This document shows positions 24,870-33,332 of a stretch of DNA of 50,703 nucleotides, piece by piece. The notes beneath the pieces were generated by a model. That model was not told the DNA's origin. It saw only the letters and a program-made list of their open reading frames with translations, and searched no databases. This DNA comes from Bacteroidota bacterium. GTDB lineage: Bacteria > Bacteroidota > Ignavibacteria > Kapaibacteriales > UBA2268. How positions within the stretch are numbered: position 1 is the stretch's first letter; each line of letters opens with the position of its first letter. The stretch spans positions 1 to 50,703 of the forward strand of contig WRLB01000002.1 of NCBI GenBank assembly GCA_009777815.1, in the 5' to 3' direction. The translations under genes were made by a program, and so were the position numbers.

Positions 24870-26711
24870 TTATTTCCACCAATCTAACTCTAATTCTTCG
24901 AATACGCTGTTTCTTTGCTCGGTTGCGGAGATATAATTTGCATCATTTGGCGATAAATTGCTCTTTCCTTTATATTTTTCGAACAAGTCACATAATTTAT
25001 TAAAATCGGCGTGATGATAAGAAAAACGCTGTTCTGCATAGTCTTTCGCGGAATTAGTGTAAATTAAAAACTGCCAATCAGAAGATTGTAGAAGCAACAA
25101 TTCTTTTAATGCTTGTTTTAGAATTCGCTGTTCGAGTGGATTTAATTTTGCAATTATTTTGTTATGACAATCTTTTATTTTGTCATTCTGAACTTGTTTC
25201 AGAATCCCCTCGTTAGAATTAGGGGATGCCGAAATAAATTCGGCATGACAAGTGTTTTCTTTATCATTTTGCTCTTGATTTAATATCCCTTCAAAAATAT
25301 TATTTAGTCGCAATTCATCGTCATAAATATACTGCCAAGTCCAATTATTACCCGCATTAGACCAAACATCATGATTATTGTTTTCGCCCCAAGAACCCTC
25401 AGGCAAACTTATAACTTGTCGCGGCTTTTGCAAAAATATTTCTTCTGATGCTGTCATCATATTTATATAAGGCGAATTATGCAAGCCCTGACAAACTTTT
25501 CTAATAAATTCCGGACCTTCAAACCACCAATGCCCAAATAATTCCGTATCAAAAGGCAAACAAATAGTTGCTTCTTTGCCCGTTAAGTTCTTATAATAAT
25601 TTGCGGTATTTTCAATGTGATGAATAAAATGATTTGCCTGCTTATCCAATTTATCCCAAATCCAATCAGGATGATATAGCGTTTTATACATCATATCTGC
25701 CTTCGCATCGGTAACACGCCAATAGCGAATGCGAGACGGATAATGCGTTTTATGAAAGTCCAAATAATCAGGTTCAGCAGGATAGCCGATGCTTCCACTC
25801 CACACCTGCATTGATAATTTATGATGGCGAGTAAAACATATAGCCGTTCCATATTCAACCTTTTCGCTCGAACTAACTTCATAAATATTCAATGGCGATT
25901 TATCAAAATTCCAAGGTTCAGGTTTAAATTGCGGCGAATTAATATGAACAAACTTTTCTCTATTATTATCTAAAAACTTTCCAATCGGTTGGCTTCTTTT
26001 TAGCAAATCCTCATCAGTTACAAAATAAAATATCTCATTATCGGCTAATATTTGCTCAACACCTCTCCTTAAATGCTTATGATTAAAGGGATGCACAGGT
26101 ATCAAAGATTTCCACTCGTAAGAAGGACGATAAGCACATTCAGGCAACCAAGTTCCACGTGGATTTCTACCGAAGTGTTTTTTATAATTATTTACTGCTA
26201 ATTTCATTTGCAGATTAACGCTTTTATCGTATCCGAGCAAAGGGAAATATCCATGAGTCGCACCGCAAGTCATTATTTCTATTGCCCCTTTATTTTGTAG
26301 TTCGCGGAGTCCTTTTATTATTGATTTATCATATTTATATATGAAATCATTTTTTCTATTTTGATACCACTCCGCCCACCATTTAGCAAGATAAATGTGA
26401 TGAGCATCATAATTCCAATTCATAAAATTATGATGGTCTTCGAGTGCTGCTGCTGCTTTCTTTTCGCAATACGCAATGAAGATATTTTTAGTATCGGGAT
26501 GTTCCAACTGCTCACATAAAACAGGCGATATATCAAGCGTAATCTTTGGAATTATGCCATCGCCAATAAGTTCATTACACATATTAAGCAGCGGAATATA
26601 ACATTCGGCTATTGCTTCGGTCAGCCAATCTTCTCCGTGAGGCCAAGTTCCATGATGCAGAACAAATGGTAGATGAGTATGAAGTATAAGTATTAGATTT
26701 CCTGCGTGCAT
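24870..26711 (-). CDS. Glycoside hydrolase family 57 (alpha-glucan branching enzyme type)
   Basis: LILHTHLPFV..HG.WPHGEDWL, CGATHGYFPLL, WLPECAY, PFDTELFGHWW and C-terminal LLLQSSDWQFLI. Carries an in-frame repeat-element insertion (see 25181-25250). Confidence 0.9.
   Translation of the reverse strand: MHAGNLILILHTHLPFVLHHGTWPHGEDWLTEAIAECYIPLLNMCNELIGDGIIPKITLDISPVLCEQLEHPDTKNIFIAYCEKKAAAALEDHHNFMNWNYDAHHIYLAKWWAEWYQNRKNDFIYKYDKSIIKGLRELQNKGAIEIMTCGATHGYFPLLGYDKSVNLQMKLAVNNYKKHFGRNPRGTWLPECAYRPSYEWKSLIPVHPFNHKHLRRGVEQILADNEIFYFVTDEDLLKRSQPIGKFLDNNREKFVHINSPQFKPEPWNFDKSPLNIYEVSSSEKVEYGTAICFTRHHKLSMQVWSGSIGYPAEPDYLDFHKTHYPSRIRYWRVTDAKADMMYKTLYHPDWIWDKLDKQANHFIHHIENTANYYKNLTGKEATICLPFDTELFGHWWFEGPEFIRKVCQGLHNSPYINMMTASEEIFLQKPRQVISLPEGSWGENNNHDVWSNAGNNWTWQYIYDDELRLNNIFEGILNQEQNDKENTCHAEFISASPNSNEGILKQVQNDKIKDCHNKIIAKLNPLEQRILKQALKELLLLQSSDWQFLIYTNSAKDYAEQRFSYHHADFNKLCDLFEKYKGKSNLSPNDANYISATEQRNSVFEELELDWWK
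25181..25250. repeat. Nested-palindrome element located inside the GH57 reading frame
   Basis: TGTCATTCTGAACTTGTTTCAGAATCCCCTCGTTAGAATTAGGGGATGCCGAAATAAATTCGGCATGACA has the same architecture as the intergenic copies. It is translated as TCHAEFISASPNSNEGILKQVQND (about aa 487-510). Confidence 0.85.
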
Positions 26712-26778
26712 ATATTTTATTTTAATATAATTTATAGCAATATAGTATTTTTTTAGTATATAATTTTTATTTTTTTAG

Positions 26779-26786
26779 TATATTTG
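26779..26786 (+). promoter_or_regulatory. -7 box TATATTTG for the Bor-like gene
   Basis: TTTTTTTAGTATATTTGTAAAT, 36 nt before the ATG. Confidence 0.5.
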
Positions 26787-26821
26787 TAAATTATTTTTTT
26801 TAATATTGGATATTTAACTAT

Positions 26822-27115
26822 ATGAAAAAACTTATTGTAAGTTTAGTTTGCATCTTTGTTATGATGCTTTTAGTAACTTCCTGTTTTACTCACACTTATA
26901 GTGTTGGTAAAGGAGCACAAACAGGTTTAGAAGTTACAAAGAAAAATTATTACTTGATTTATGGACTTGTTCCAGTAACAACATCAGACCCTACGCAAAT
27001 GTCTGGTGGTGCTTCAGATTATACTGTTACTCACGAATGGACATTCGTTGATGGCTTTATATCTGCAATAACATGCGGTATTTTAAATCCAACAACTACA
27101 ACTGTTAAAAAGTAA
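26822..27115 (+). CDS. Bor/Iss-family-like small lipoprotein
   Basis: Lipobox VTSC. The spacing pattern YLIYGLVP...D...GGA...V......F.DGFISAITCGI..P resembles lambda Bor. Confidence 0.7.
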   Translation: MKKLIVSLVCIFVMMLLVTSCFTHTYSVGKGAQTGLEVTKKNYYLIYGLVPVTTSDPTQMSGGASDYTVTHEWTFVDGFISAITCGILNPTTTTVKK

Positions 27116-27123
27116 CATTAACA

Positions 27124-27157
27124 TAGTGCTACACTGAAAAAGTGTAGCACTATTTTT
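27124..27157 (+). terminator. Rho-independent terminator
   Basis: An 11 bp stem TAGTGCTACAC/GTGTAGCACTA followed by TTTTT. Confidence 0.8.
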
Positions 27158-27173
27158 AAAATTATAATATTTT

Positions 27174-27365
27174 ATGAAAATTATTTTAATTGTAATAGGT
27201 TGCATATTAGTTTTGTATTATTCAATTAGTGTGGTTCAATACATTTGGGATTATTCTATATTGACGGAATATGGCAAGGGTTATGTTTGGGGCAAACTAA
27301 TACTTTTATTTCTTGGGATAGTAATAACTATCGTTGGAGTTAAAAAAAAGAAAAAAAGAATGTAA
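27174..27365 (+). CDS. Small two-TM membrane protein, hypothetical
   Basis: 63 aa with two hydrophobic helices and a Lys-rich tail. No other support. Confidence 0.4.
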   Translation: MKIILIVIGCILVLYYSISVVQYIWDYSILTEYGKGYVWGKLILLFLGIVITIVGVKKKKKRM

Positions 27366-27387
27366 AAACAAATTCTTTAAAGATATT

Positions 27388-27472
27388 AACACGTGGATTC
27401 GTCCCCGTGCTAATGTGTATCATACGTGTTAAAATAATTGTCATACCGTGTCAAGCACGACATAACAGAATA
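27388..27472. repeat. Intergenic palindromic elements
   Basis: AACACGTGGATTCGTCCCCGTGCT and TGTCATACCGTGTCAAGCACGACATAACAGAATA. The latter is a direct repeat of 28231-28264. Confidence 0.75.
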
Positions 27473-27473
27473 T

Positions 27474-28169
27474 TTAATAAATCATTATTCCGCCCGTCCA
27501 ACATTCTACTTTATCATTGATAATTTGAATGACTCCGATGCCATATTCTTTTGCTTCTTTTATTGCATCTTTATCAAAACTTGCCCCACCAATACCTAAA
27601 ATTATCTTATATTTTGCATATTCGGAAAAAAGTTTTCTAAAATTATTTACTTGTTCTGTTGCAAGTTTAATAACATCTTGTATTCGGACTCTGTGCTTTG
27701 TTTCAATGAGGGAAATAGTATCACAATTAGTTAAAACAATATCAAATTCACCTTCTAAATTAAGTGATTTTATTTTTTTATGTTTATTTGTTTCTATGTA
27801 ATGGAATTCAATTCCTGCGAATTTCATATCTTTTTCTAATGAATTATATATCATTTGCTCTGCTGCAAGTCCATTAGAATCGGATATTCCACCGATATTA
27901 CGAGCAAGTTCTTTAATTTTTTTATCAGTTTCAGCAAACTTTTCTGAAAGAAATCTATCGGTTTCAGCAAACTTTTCTGAAAGAAATCTATCGGTTTCGG
28001 CAAACTTTTCTGAAAGAAATCTATCGGTTTCGGCGGATCTTTTATCAGCCGCAATAGACATTTCTTTTATTTGCTCGCGAAGTTCATTTGCTTCTTTTTT
28101 TGATTCTGCAAACATTTGCCATACTTTTTCAAAAGTATAAGTTATAATTTTATTTTCTTCTGACAGCAT
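27474..28169 (-). CDS. Coiled-coil plus PD-(D/E)xK nuclease-fold protein, paralog of 122-736, with an expanded 11-residue repeat
   Basis: 231 aa. It has the same C-terminal core (EGEFDIVL...ISLIETK). The N-terminal helix contains AETDRFLSEKF three times. Confidence 0.7.
   Translation of the reverse strand: MLSEENKIITYTFEKVWQMFAESKKEANELREQIKEMSIAADKRSAETDRFLSEKFAETDRFLSEKFAETDRFLSEKFAETDKKIKELARNIGGISDSNGLAAEQMIYNSLEKDMKFAGIEFHYIETNKHKKIKSLNLEGEFDIVLTNCDTISLIETKHRVRIQDVIKLATEQVNNFRKLFSEYAKYKIILGIGGASFDKDAIKEAKEYGIGVIQIINDKVECWTGGIMIY
27928..28026. repeat. In-frame 33 bp tandem repeat, 3 copies
   Basis: GTTTCAGCAAACTTTTCTGAAAGAAATCTATCG occurs three times with a single A/G difference in copy 3. 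Confidence 0.95.
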
Positions 28170-28193
28170 AATAGTAATAAGTTTTTATAAATA

Positions 28194-28201
28194 CAAAAAT
28201 A
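28194..28201 (-). promoter_or_regulatory. -7 box for the 27474-28169 gene
   Basis: The minus strand reads AAAAATTATTTTTGTATTTAT, 25 nt upstream of the start. Confidence 0.5.
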
Positions 28202-28230
28202 ATTTTTATTTTAAATTTTTACTAATATTC

Positions 28231-28264
28231 TGTCATACCGTGTCAAGCACGGTATAACAGAATA
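28231..28264. repeat. Palindromic element, direct repeat of 27439-27472
   Basis: TGTCATACCGTGTCAAGCACGGTATAACAGAATA is 32/34 identical to the downstream copy. Confidence 0.8.
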
Positions 28265-28305
28265 TAAAGTTTTGTTTTTAGTGATTCCGTGTGCATACTA
28301 TAATC

Positions 28306-29061
28306 TTAATTAGATTCTATTAAATCTTGTTTAAATAACAATATTAAAGTAGAATCCGTTGGCGATAAAGCAAATTGTTGAAAACGAATCAATCCTTTCC
28401 CTTGTTTAAAATAAAATCTGTTAATTCTAATCGGGTCGTCAGGAGTGTTGCGTTTATTCCTACATTCAAATAGTTTGCATTCCGTGTATTTCTTAAAATC
28501 AGGGAATCCTACTTCTACATCAATTGTGTAGTAGCCCTGTTTTTCATGCAAATAATCTTCGTCTATGTTTGGCACAGCAACATTTCTGTTTAATACGAAT
28601 GACCTTGCAGATGATTCCGAAGAATAAATAGGTAATTCATATTCCCACACAACTGATTCGAATCCATTATTATCTGCCTGCAAATATCTGCCGACATATA
28701 TTTTGTCTGCTTCGTTCATATAGAAAAATGCTTTTTGATTAGTGGTAATATAGCAAAGTGCCATATACTCATACCTTCCCCATCCTTCGTTATTATCGTA
28801 TTGTCGGACAGGTAAAATTCGGACATAATCTATAACATCATTATCTAATAAATGACGAATACTACTGTTGGGTTTTTCATCGGTTCCTGTATCTATCCTG
28901 TATGTCCACTTGTAACCACTAATTAATGGTATCAGTGTATTTGCTGCATCATCACGCAAATAAAAATCTTCAGATGGAGTATATACCTTAACTGGATTGG
29001 GGTCAGAACTACAGCCCAACGCTAAATAAAATAAGAAAACTATTGCTAATAACTTTTTCAT
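28306..29061 (-). CDS. Lipoprotein, function unknown
   Basis: The internal Met gives MKKLLAIVFLFYLALGCSS (lipobox). The -7 box at 29081-29088 lies inside the longer listed ORF. Confidence 0.7.
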   Translation of the reverse strand: MKKLLAIVFLFYLALGCSSDPNPVKVYTPSEDFYLRDDAANTLIPLISGYKWTYRIDTGTDEKPNSSIRHLLDNDVIDYVRILPVRQYDNNEGWGRYEYMALCYITTNQKAFFYMNEADKIYVGRYLQADNNGFESVVWEYELPIYSSESSARSFVLNRNVAVPNIDEDYLHEKQGYYTIDVEVGFPDFKKYTECKLFECRNKRNTPDDPIRINRFYFKQGKGLIRFQQFALSPTDSTLILLFKQDLIESN

Positions 29062-29080
29062 AACACAATAATAATTTTTA

Positions 29081-29088
29081 CAAAAATA
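29081..29088 (-). promoter_or_regulatory. -7 box for the lipoprotein gene
   Basis: The minus strand reads TTTTCGTATTTTTGTAAAAATT, 20 nt upstream of the ATG at 29061. Confidence 0.5.
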
Positions 29089-29138
29089 CGAAAATAATAA
29101 CAAATTATAGCAACTTTAAAAACAAGAATATCTGTATT

Positions 29139-29212
29139 CTGTCATACTGAATTTGTTTCAGCATCTCTTAATTTTATGCAAGGGGATACTGAAACAAATT
29201 TGGCATAGCAAG
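29139..29212. repeat. Full nested-palindrome element
   Basis: CTGTCATACTGAATTTGTTTCAGCATCTCTTAATTTTATGCAAGGGGATACTGAAACAAATTTGGCATAGCAAG. Confidence 0.8.
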
Positions 29213-29225
29213 ATTATTTTATTGT

Positions 29226-32200
29226 TTATCCCTCGGCGGTGACCATTCTGGCTTTTGCTTTTTTTACTAATTTGGTGCGACTATAAGTTTGATAACGCAA
29301 CAAAATTGTGTGGAATATGTAATATACAACAGGAACTACTATTAGCGTCAATACCATAGAACTCGTAAGACCACCAATAATTACCCATGCCATACCATTT
29401 TTTATTTCTGCGGCATTGCCCGATGCTAAAGCAATAGGTAGCATACCAAATATCATTGCAAATGTTGTCATCAAAATAGGACGCAAACGTTCTCTACCTG
29501 CTTCAATTAAAGCATCGGATATGTTCATATTTTTGTCTCTTCGCATATGATTAGCAAAATCTACAAGCAATATAGCATTCTTTGCGACTAAACCAATAAG
29601 AACTATCAAACCGATTATAGTGAACAATGTAAGATTGTTCATAGTTAGTGCTAATGCTAAAAATGCGCCAACAAGTGCTAATGGTATTGAAAATAATACA
29701 ATTATAGGGTCAAGCAAGGAATTATATAAAATAACCATAATAAAATAGATAAGCACTATTGCTGCAATAAATGCAATTGCTAAATTTCCAAAAGTATCGC
29801 CTTGCATTTCTAACATTCCGCTTTCTTTTATTTCTACTCCTTCAGGGACTTTTCCTTTTATAGCCGCCATAATTTCTGCACCGACTGTTCCAGTAGGTCT
29901 TCCAACAACACTGGATTGGACGGTTATAGAAGATATTCGGTCATTTCTTTGTAATGCTGAAGGTCCTAATCCATATATTATATCTGCAATTTGATTTAGT
30001 TCAATTAACTGTCCACTTCTGTTCATAAAAGTTAATCTTGCAACATCTTCTATCTTTGTTCTATCAAAATTATCTACACCGATTCTAATATCATATTCAT
30101 AATTACCTTCTCTATATTTAGAATCGTCATTTCCGTTTAATGCGGTTCTTAATGTTGCTCCTACATCATATACAGATAAACCTAATGTTGCCATTTTTTC
30201 TCTGTCAAGATTTACCATAACTTCTTGTTTTGGATCGTCAGTAGAATATTTAGCGTCTATTGTTCCAGGTGTTTTTAATACTATATTAAGTAGTGTAGCG
30301 GCTGTTTCTTCTACTTTACTAAAATCAGAACCTTGCACTATTAATTGTATTGATGCTCCCGGCGGTCCAGCCATAGTAGATGCTGCTGCTCTCGCTCTTA
30401 TGCCCGGTATATCACGCATTATTTCGTATTTTACTTCTTCAGCACATTCAGAAGAACTCTTATTTCTTTTATTTTTATCTACCATTTTTGCGGTAATCGT
30501 TGTTGCACTACTTTTAGTAGAAGTTCCCATACCCGTTCCCGATGAACCTACATTTGTATATACTCGTTCTACTTCGGGCTTTGAACTAATTATTTTTTCT
30601 GCTAACAATGTAATTTGATTGTTTTGGTAAAGTGAAATCTGTGGGTTCATATCTAAACTAACAACAAATTCGCCTTGGTCACTTTCAGGCATAAACTCAA
30701 AACCAATGAACCCAACAGGAATAAGAGCAAATGAACTGACAACCAAAGTAAGCGTTACTATAAAAACAACAACTTTTCTTCTTAAACTCACTGCTAATAC
30801 TTTAGCATATAAGTTTTGCAATGAGTCAAAAATATGTTCTATCGTGCGTGAAATACTTGCAAAGAACGTTGGACGTGTATTATCAGAAAGTTTAGCAATA
30901 CGAGACATTAAAAGAGGCGAAATTGTAAAAGAAACTAATAAACTACAGCACGTAGCAATCATTATAGGAAATGCAAATTCTTTTAGAACGTTGCCAATCA
31001 TTCCGCCAGTAACGGCTAACGGCATAAATACAACAACTATAACAATAGTTATTGCCATAACAGTAAACATAATTTGTTTGCAACCGTCAATAGCCGCCCT
31101 TCGTTTGTTTTTGCCCATTTCTAAATGACGAAACATATTTTCTATGACTACAATAGAGTCATCTACCAATATTCCAACTACTAAAGAAAGTGCCATCAAA
31201 GACATTAAATTAAGCGAATAACCAAGTAAATACATAGCAATAAATGAAGGAATTATTGACAACGGAACAGCAAGCATCACTATCATCGCACTACGCAAAT
31301 TATGTAAAAATACAAGACAAACTAACGTCACAATTAATATCGCTAAAAGTAAATCAATTATCACAGCATTTGCTGATGCTCTGGTATAAATAGAATCGTC
31401 TTTTGCTATTTCGAACTTGACATTATCTTTAGCATATTCTTGTTCAATGGCTGCTAATTCTGCCTTTGCTAAATCAGTTATTTTAACGGTATTAGCATCA
31501 CTTTGCTTTTGGATTGAGAGACCTATTGCATCTTTGCCATCAATTCTGCTAATTAGTTTTTGTTCTGCAATGCCATCTACAACTTCGGCAACATCTAAAA
31601 CTTTAATCTTTCCTCCATTCGGCAGCGTAGTAATTACTGTATTTGAAATTTCTTTTAAACTACTAAATTTAGCAGATAGTCGGACAGAATAAGTTGCTTC
31701 TGTATTTTCTATATTACCTGCGGGGATTTCCATATTTGCTGTTTGGATTGCTTGTAGGACTTGTAATATAGACAAGTTATATGCTTTAAGTTTTTCAGCA
31801 TTTACATTAACTTGTATTTCTCTTGAAGTTCCACCTGATATATCTACTGCTCCAACGCCAGGTAGTTTTGCTAATCGGGGTTGGATTCTATCTTCAACGA
31901 GTTTGTAAAACTCTGTCGGCGGAAGCGATGAAGAAGCCGCTAAATTCATTACAGGCATCGCTTCTAAATCAATTTTATTTATTGATGGTTCAAGAATATC
32001 GGTGGGCAATTTAAGTTTTACTGCTGATATCTTGCGTTGTGCTTCTTGCACACCTAAATTAGCATCAGCATCTTCATTTAAGGTTACAATTACTACTGAT
32101 GCTCCTTCTACTGATGTTGAAGATATTTTTTTCAAATTTTCTAATGTTGAAAGTGCATCTTCTATAATTTTGGTTACGGATGTTTCTACTTCTGATGCTC

Positions 32201-32366
32201 CTGCACCAGGGTAGATTGTTTGAATAGTTACCATTGGCAACTCAAATTTAGGCATTAGATTAAGATTTAGTGCATTATAACTAAGAAATCCGCCAAGTGT
32301 AATAGCAGCAAAAACTACTATAATTAGTAAAGGTCTATTTATAGACGTATCAACTATTGAAGCCAT
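29226..32366 (-). CDS. RND efflux transporter permease (AcrB/HAE1-like)
   Basis: 1046 aa with 12 TM segments and two large periplasmic loops. N-terminus SINRPLLIIVVF...MPKFELPMVTIQTIYPGAGASEVE. Confidence 0.95.
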   Translation of the reverse strand: MASIVDTSINRPLLIIVVFAAITLGGFLSYNALNLNLMPKFELPMVTIQTIYPGAGASEVETSVTKIIEDALSTLENLKKISSTSVEGASVVIVTLNEDADANLGVQEAQRKISAVKLKLPTDILEPSINKIDLEAMPVMNLAASSSLPPTEFYKLVEDRIQPRLAKLPGVGAVDISGGTSREIQVNVNAEKLKAYNLSILQVLQAIQTANMEIPAGNIENTEATYSVRLSAKFSSLKEISNTVITTLPNGGKIKVLDVAEVVDGIAEQKLISRIDGKDAIGLSIQKQSDANTVKITDLAKAELAAIEQEYAKDNVKFEIAKDDSIYTRASANAVIIDLLLAILIVTLVCLVFLHNLRSAMIVMLAVPLSIIPSFIAMYLLGYSLNLMSLMALSLVVGILVDDSIVVIENMFRHLEMGKNKRRAAIDGCKQIMFTVMAITIVIVVVFMPLAVTGGMIGNVLKEFAFPIMIATCCSLLVSFTISPLLMSRIAKLSDNTRPTFFASISRTIEHIFDSLQNLYAKVLAVSLRRKVVVFIVTLTLVVSSFALIPVGFIGFEFMPESDQGEFVVSLDMNPQISLYQNNQITLLAEKIISSKPEVERVYTNVGSSGTGMGTSTKSSATTITAKMVDKNKRNKSSSECAEEVKYEIMRDIPGIRARAAASTMAGPPGASIQLIVQGSDFSKVEETAATLLNIVLKTPGTIDAKYSTDDPKQEVMVNLDREKMATLGLSVYDVGATLRTALNGNDDSKYREGNYEYDIRIGVDNFDRTKIEDVARLTFMNRSGQLIELNQIADIIYGLGPSALQRNDRISSITVQSSVVGRPTGTVGAEIMAAIKGKVPEGVEIKESGMLEMQGDTFGNLAIAFIAAIVLIYFIMVILYNSLLDPIIVLFSIPLALVGAFLALALTMNNLTLFTIIGLIVLIGLVAKNAILLVDFANHMRRDKNMNISDALIEAGRERLRPILMTTFAMIFGMLPIALASGNAAEIKNGMAWVIIGGLTSSMVLTLIVVPVVYYIFHTILLRYQTYSRTKLVKKAKARMVTAEG

Positions 32367-32396
32367 ATTTTTATATTATTACTTATTTACAAAATA

Positions 32397-32404
32397 CAAA
32401 TATA
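32397..32404 (-). promoter_or_regulatory. -7 box TATATTTG for the RND gene
   Basis: The plus strand reads CAAATATA, 30 nt upstream of the start at 32366. Confidence 0.4.
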
Positions 32405-32460
32405 ACAAAAAAACCTTATTTTTATAAATATAATAATTATAAAGTTTAAAATACTTTTAA

Positions 32461-32489
32461 CAGCAATCCTTCGGTATTGCTATTTTTTT
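32461..32489. terminator. Hairpin flanked by A- and T-runs, probable (bidirectional) terminator of the 32624-33139 gene
   Basis: Stem AGCAATCC/GGTATTGCT (one bulge) with a T-run on the plus strand. The flanking sequence on the minus strand is only moderately T-rich. Confidence 0.45.
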
Positions 32490-32493
32490 ATAC

Positions 32494-32550
32494 CGTTATA
32501 CTGAACTTGTTTCAGCATCCCATATAAACCACAATAAATTCGGTATAACA
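32494..32550. repeat. Nested-palindrome element
   Basis: CGTTATACTGAACTTGTTTCAGCATCCCATATAAACCACAATAAATTCGGTATAACA. Confidence 0.75.
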
Positions 32551-32623
32551 TTTTAGATACACCTTAAATATCTAATATTTATTTTGCTACATTCTTTAAA
32601 TAATTGCCAATAGTTTTTTGCTA

Positions 32624-33139
32624 TTATGCTTCTGCTCTTCTTAAAGATAATTTATTTGCCAAATAGAAACCTCCAAACAACAAGCCAGAATATAGAACTG
32701 AACTTATTAATGTGTTATGGAAAAATGGTATTGCCATCAAATAGCAAGTTCCCAAACTTTCTAAACTATATCCATACCAACCTGCACACCATACAGCAAA
32801 ATTGGTGACGATAAAGAAAATTACAGCACCTAAAATTGAATTACCCATAACTCCTATTACAGAGGGTTTTTTCATATTAATTCCAAGCATTACCACGAGT
32901 CCGAAACTCAAATAAACTGCAAACATAGTAGAGTGTAATCCTAACGCTATGTCGCTAATAAGCATTGCTGATATTGGAATTAATAGTGCTATTTTCTTAT
33001 TAGCAAATATCATTCCAGAAAACAACGCAACTGCCATTATAGGAGAAAAATTAGCTGGTAATGATAAAAATCTTGATAATACAGAAAGTATAATTAATAC
33101 TATTGCAATGATAAATTTAATATCAAATTTGTTTTTCAT
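32624..33139 (-). CDS. Small polytopic membrane protein (DUF6580-like putative transporter component)
   Basis: 171 aa with about 5 TM segments. The N-terminal SRFLSLPANFSPIMAVALFSG motif resembles that family. Confidence 0.6.
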   Translation of the reverse strand: MKNKFDIKFIIAIVLIILSVLSRFLSLPANFSPIMAVALFSGMIFANKKIALLIPISAMLISDIALGLHSTMFAVYLSFGLVVMLGINMKKPSVIGVMGNSILGAVIFFIVTNFAVWCAGWYGYSLESLGTCYLMAIPFFHNTLISSVLYSGLLFGGFYLANKLSLRRAEA

Positions 33140-33173
33140 AATATTATTTTATTATTAATTATTTTCTAAAATA

Positions 33174-33181
33174 CAAAAATA
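33174..33181 (-). promoter_or_regulatory. -7 box for the 32624-33139 gene
   Basis: The minus strand reads CAAAAAAAACGTATTTTTGTATTTTA, 35 nt upstream of the start. Confidence 0.5.
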
Positions 33182-33221
33182 CGTTTTTTTTGTAATATGT
33201 GATATTTTAAGTAAAATTAGA

Positions 33222-33316
33222 ATATGCCGAAACAAGTTTAGTATAACAGGCAGGAAAATTAGCACGGGGGCTTGCCCCCGTGTTAAAATAGATGCTGAAA
33301 TAAATTCAGCAGGACA
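33222..33316. repeat. Intergenic palindromic elements (three hairpins)
   Basis: ATATGCCGAAACAAGTTTAGTATAACA, CACGGGGGCTTGCCCCCGTG and GATGCTGAAATAAATTCAGCAGGACA. Confidence 0.8.
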
Positions 33317-33332
33317 GCATTTGAACTTTTAA

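Noticed and set aside
32408-32489. Second promoter-to-terminator unit as a small RNA candidate
   Set aside because: The box here is TATTTTTA, which lacks the conserved G. The hairpin is more simply the bidirectional terminator of the upstream minus-strand gene at 32624-33139.
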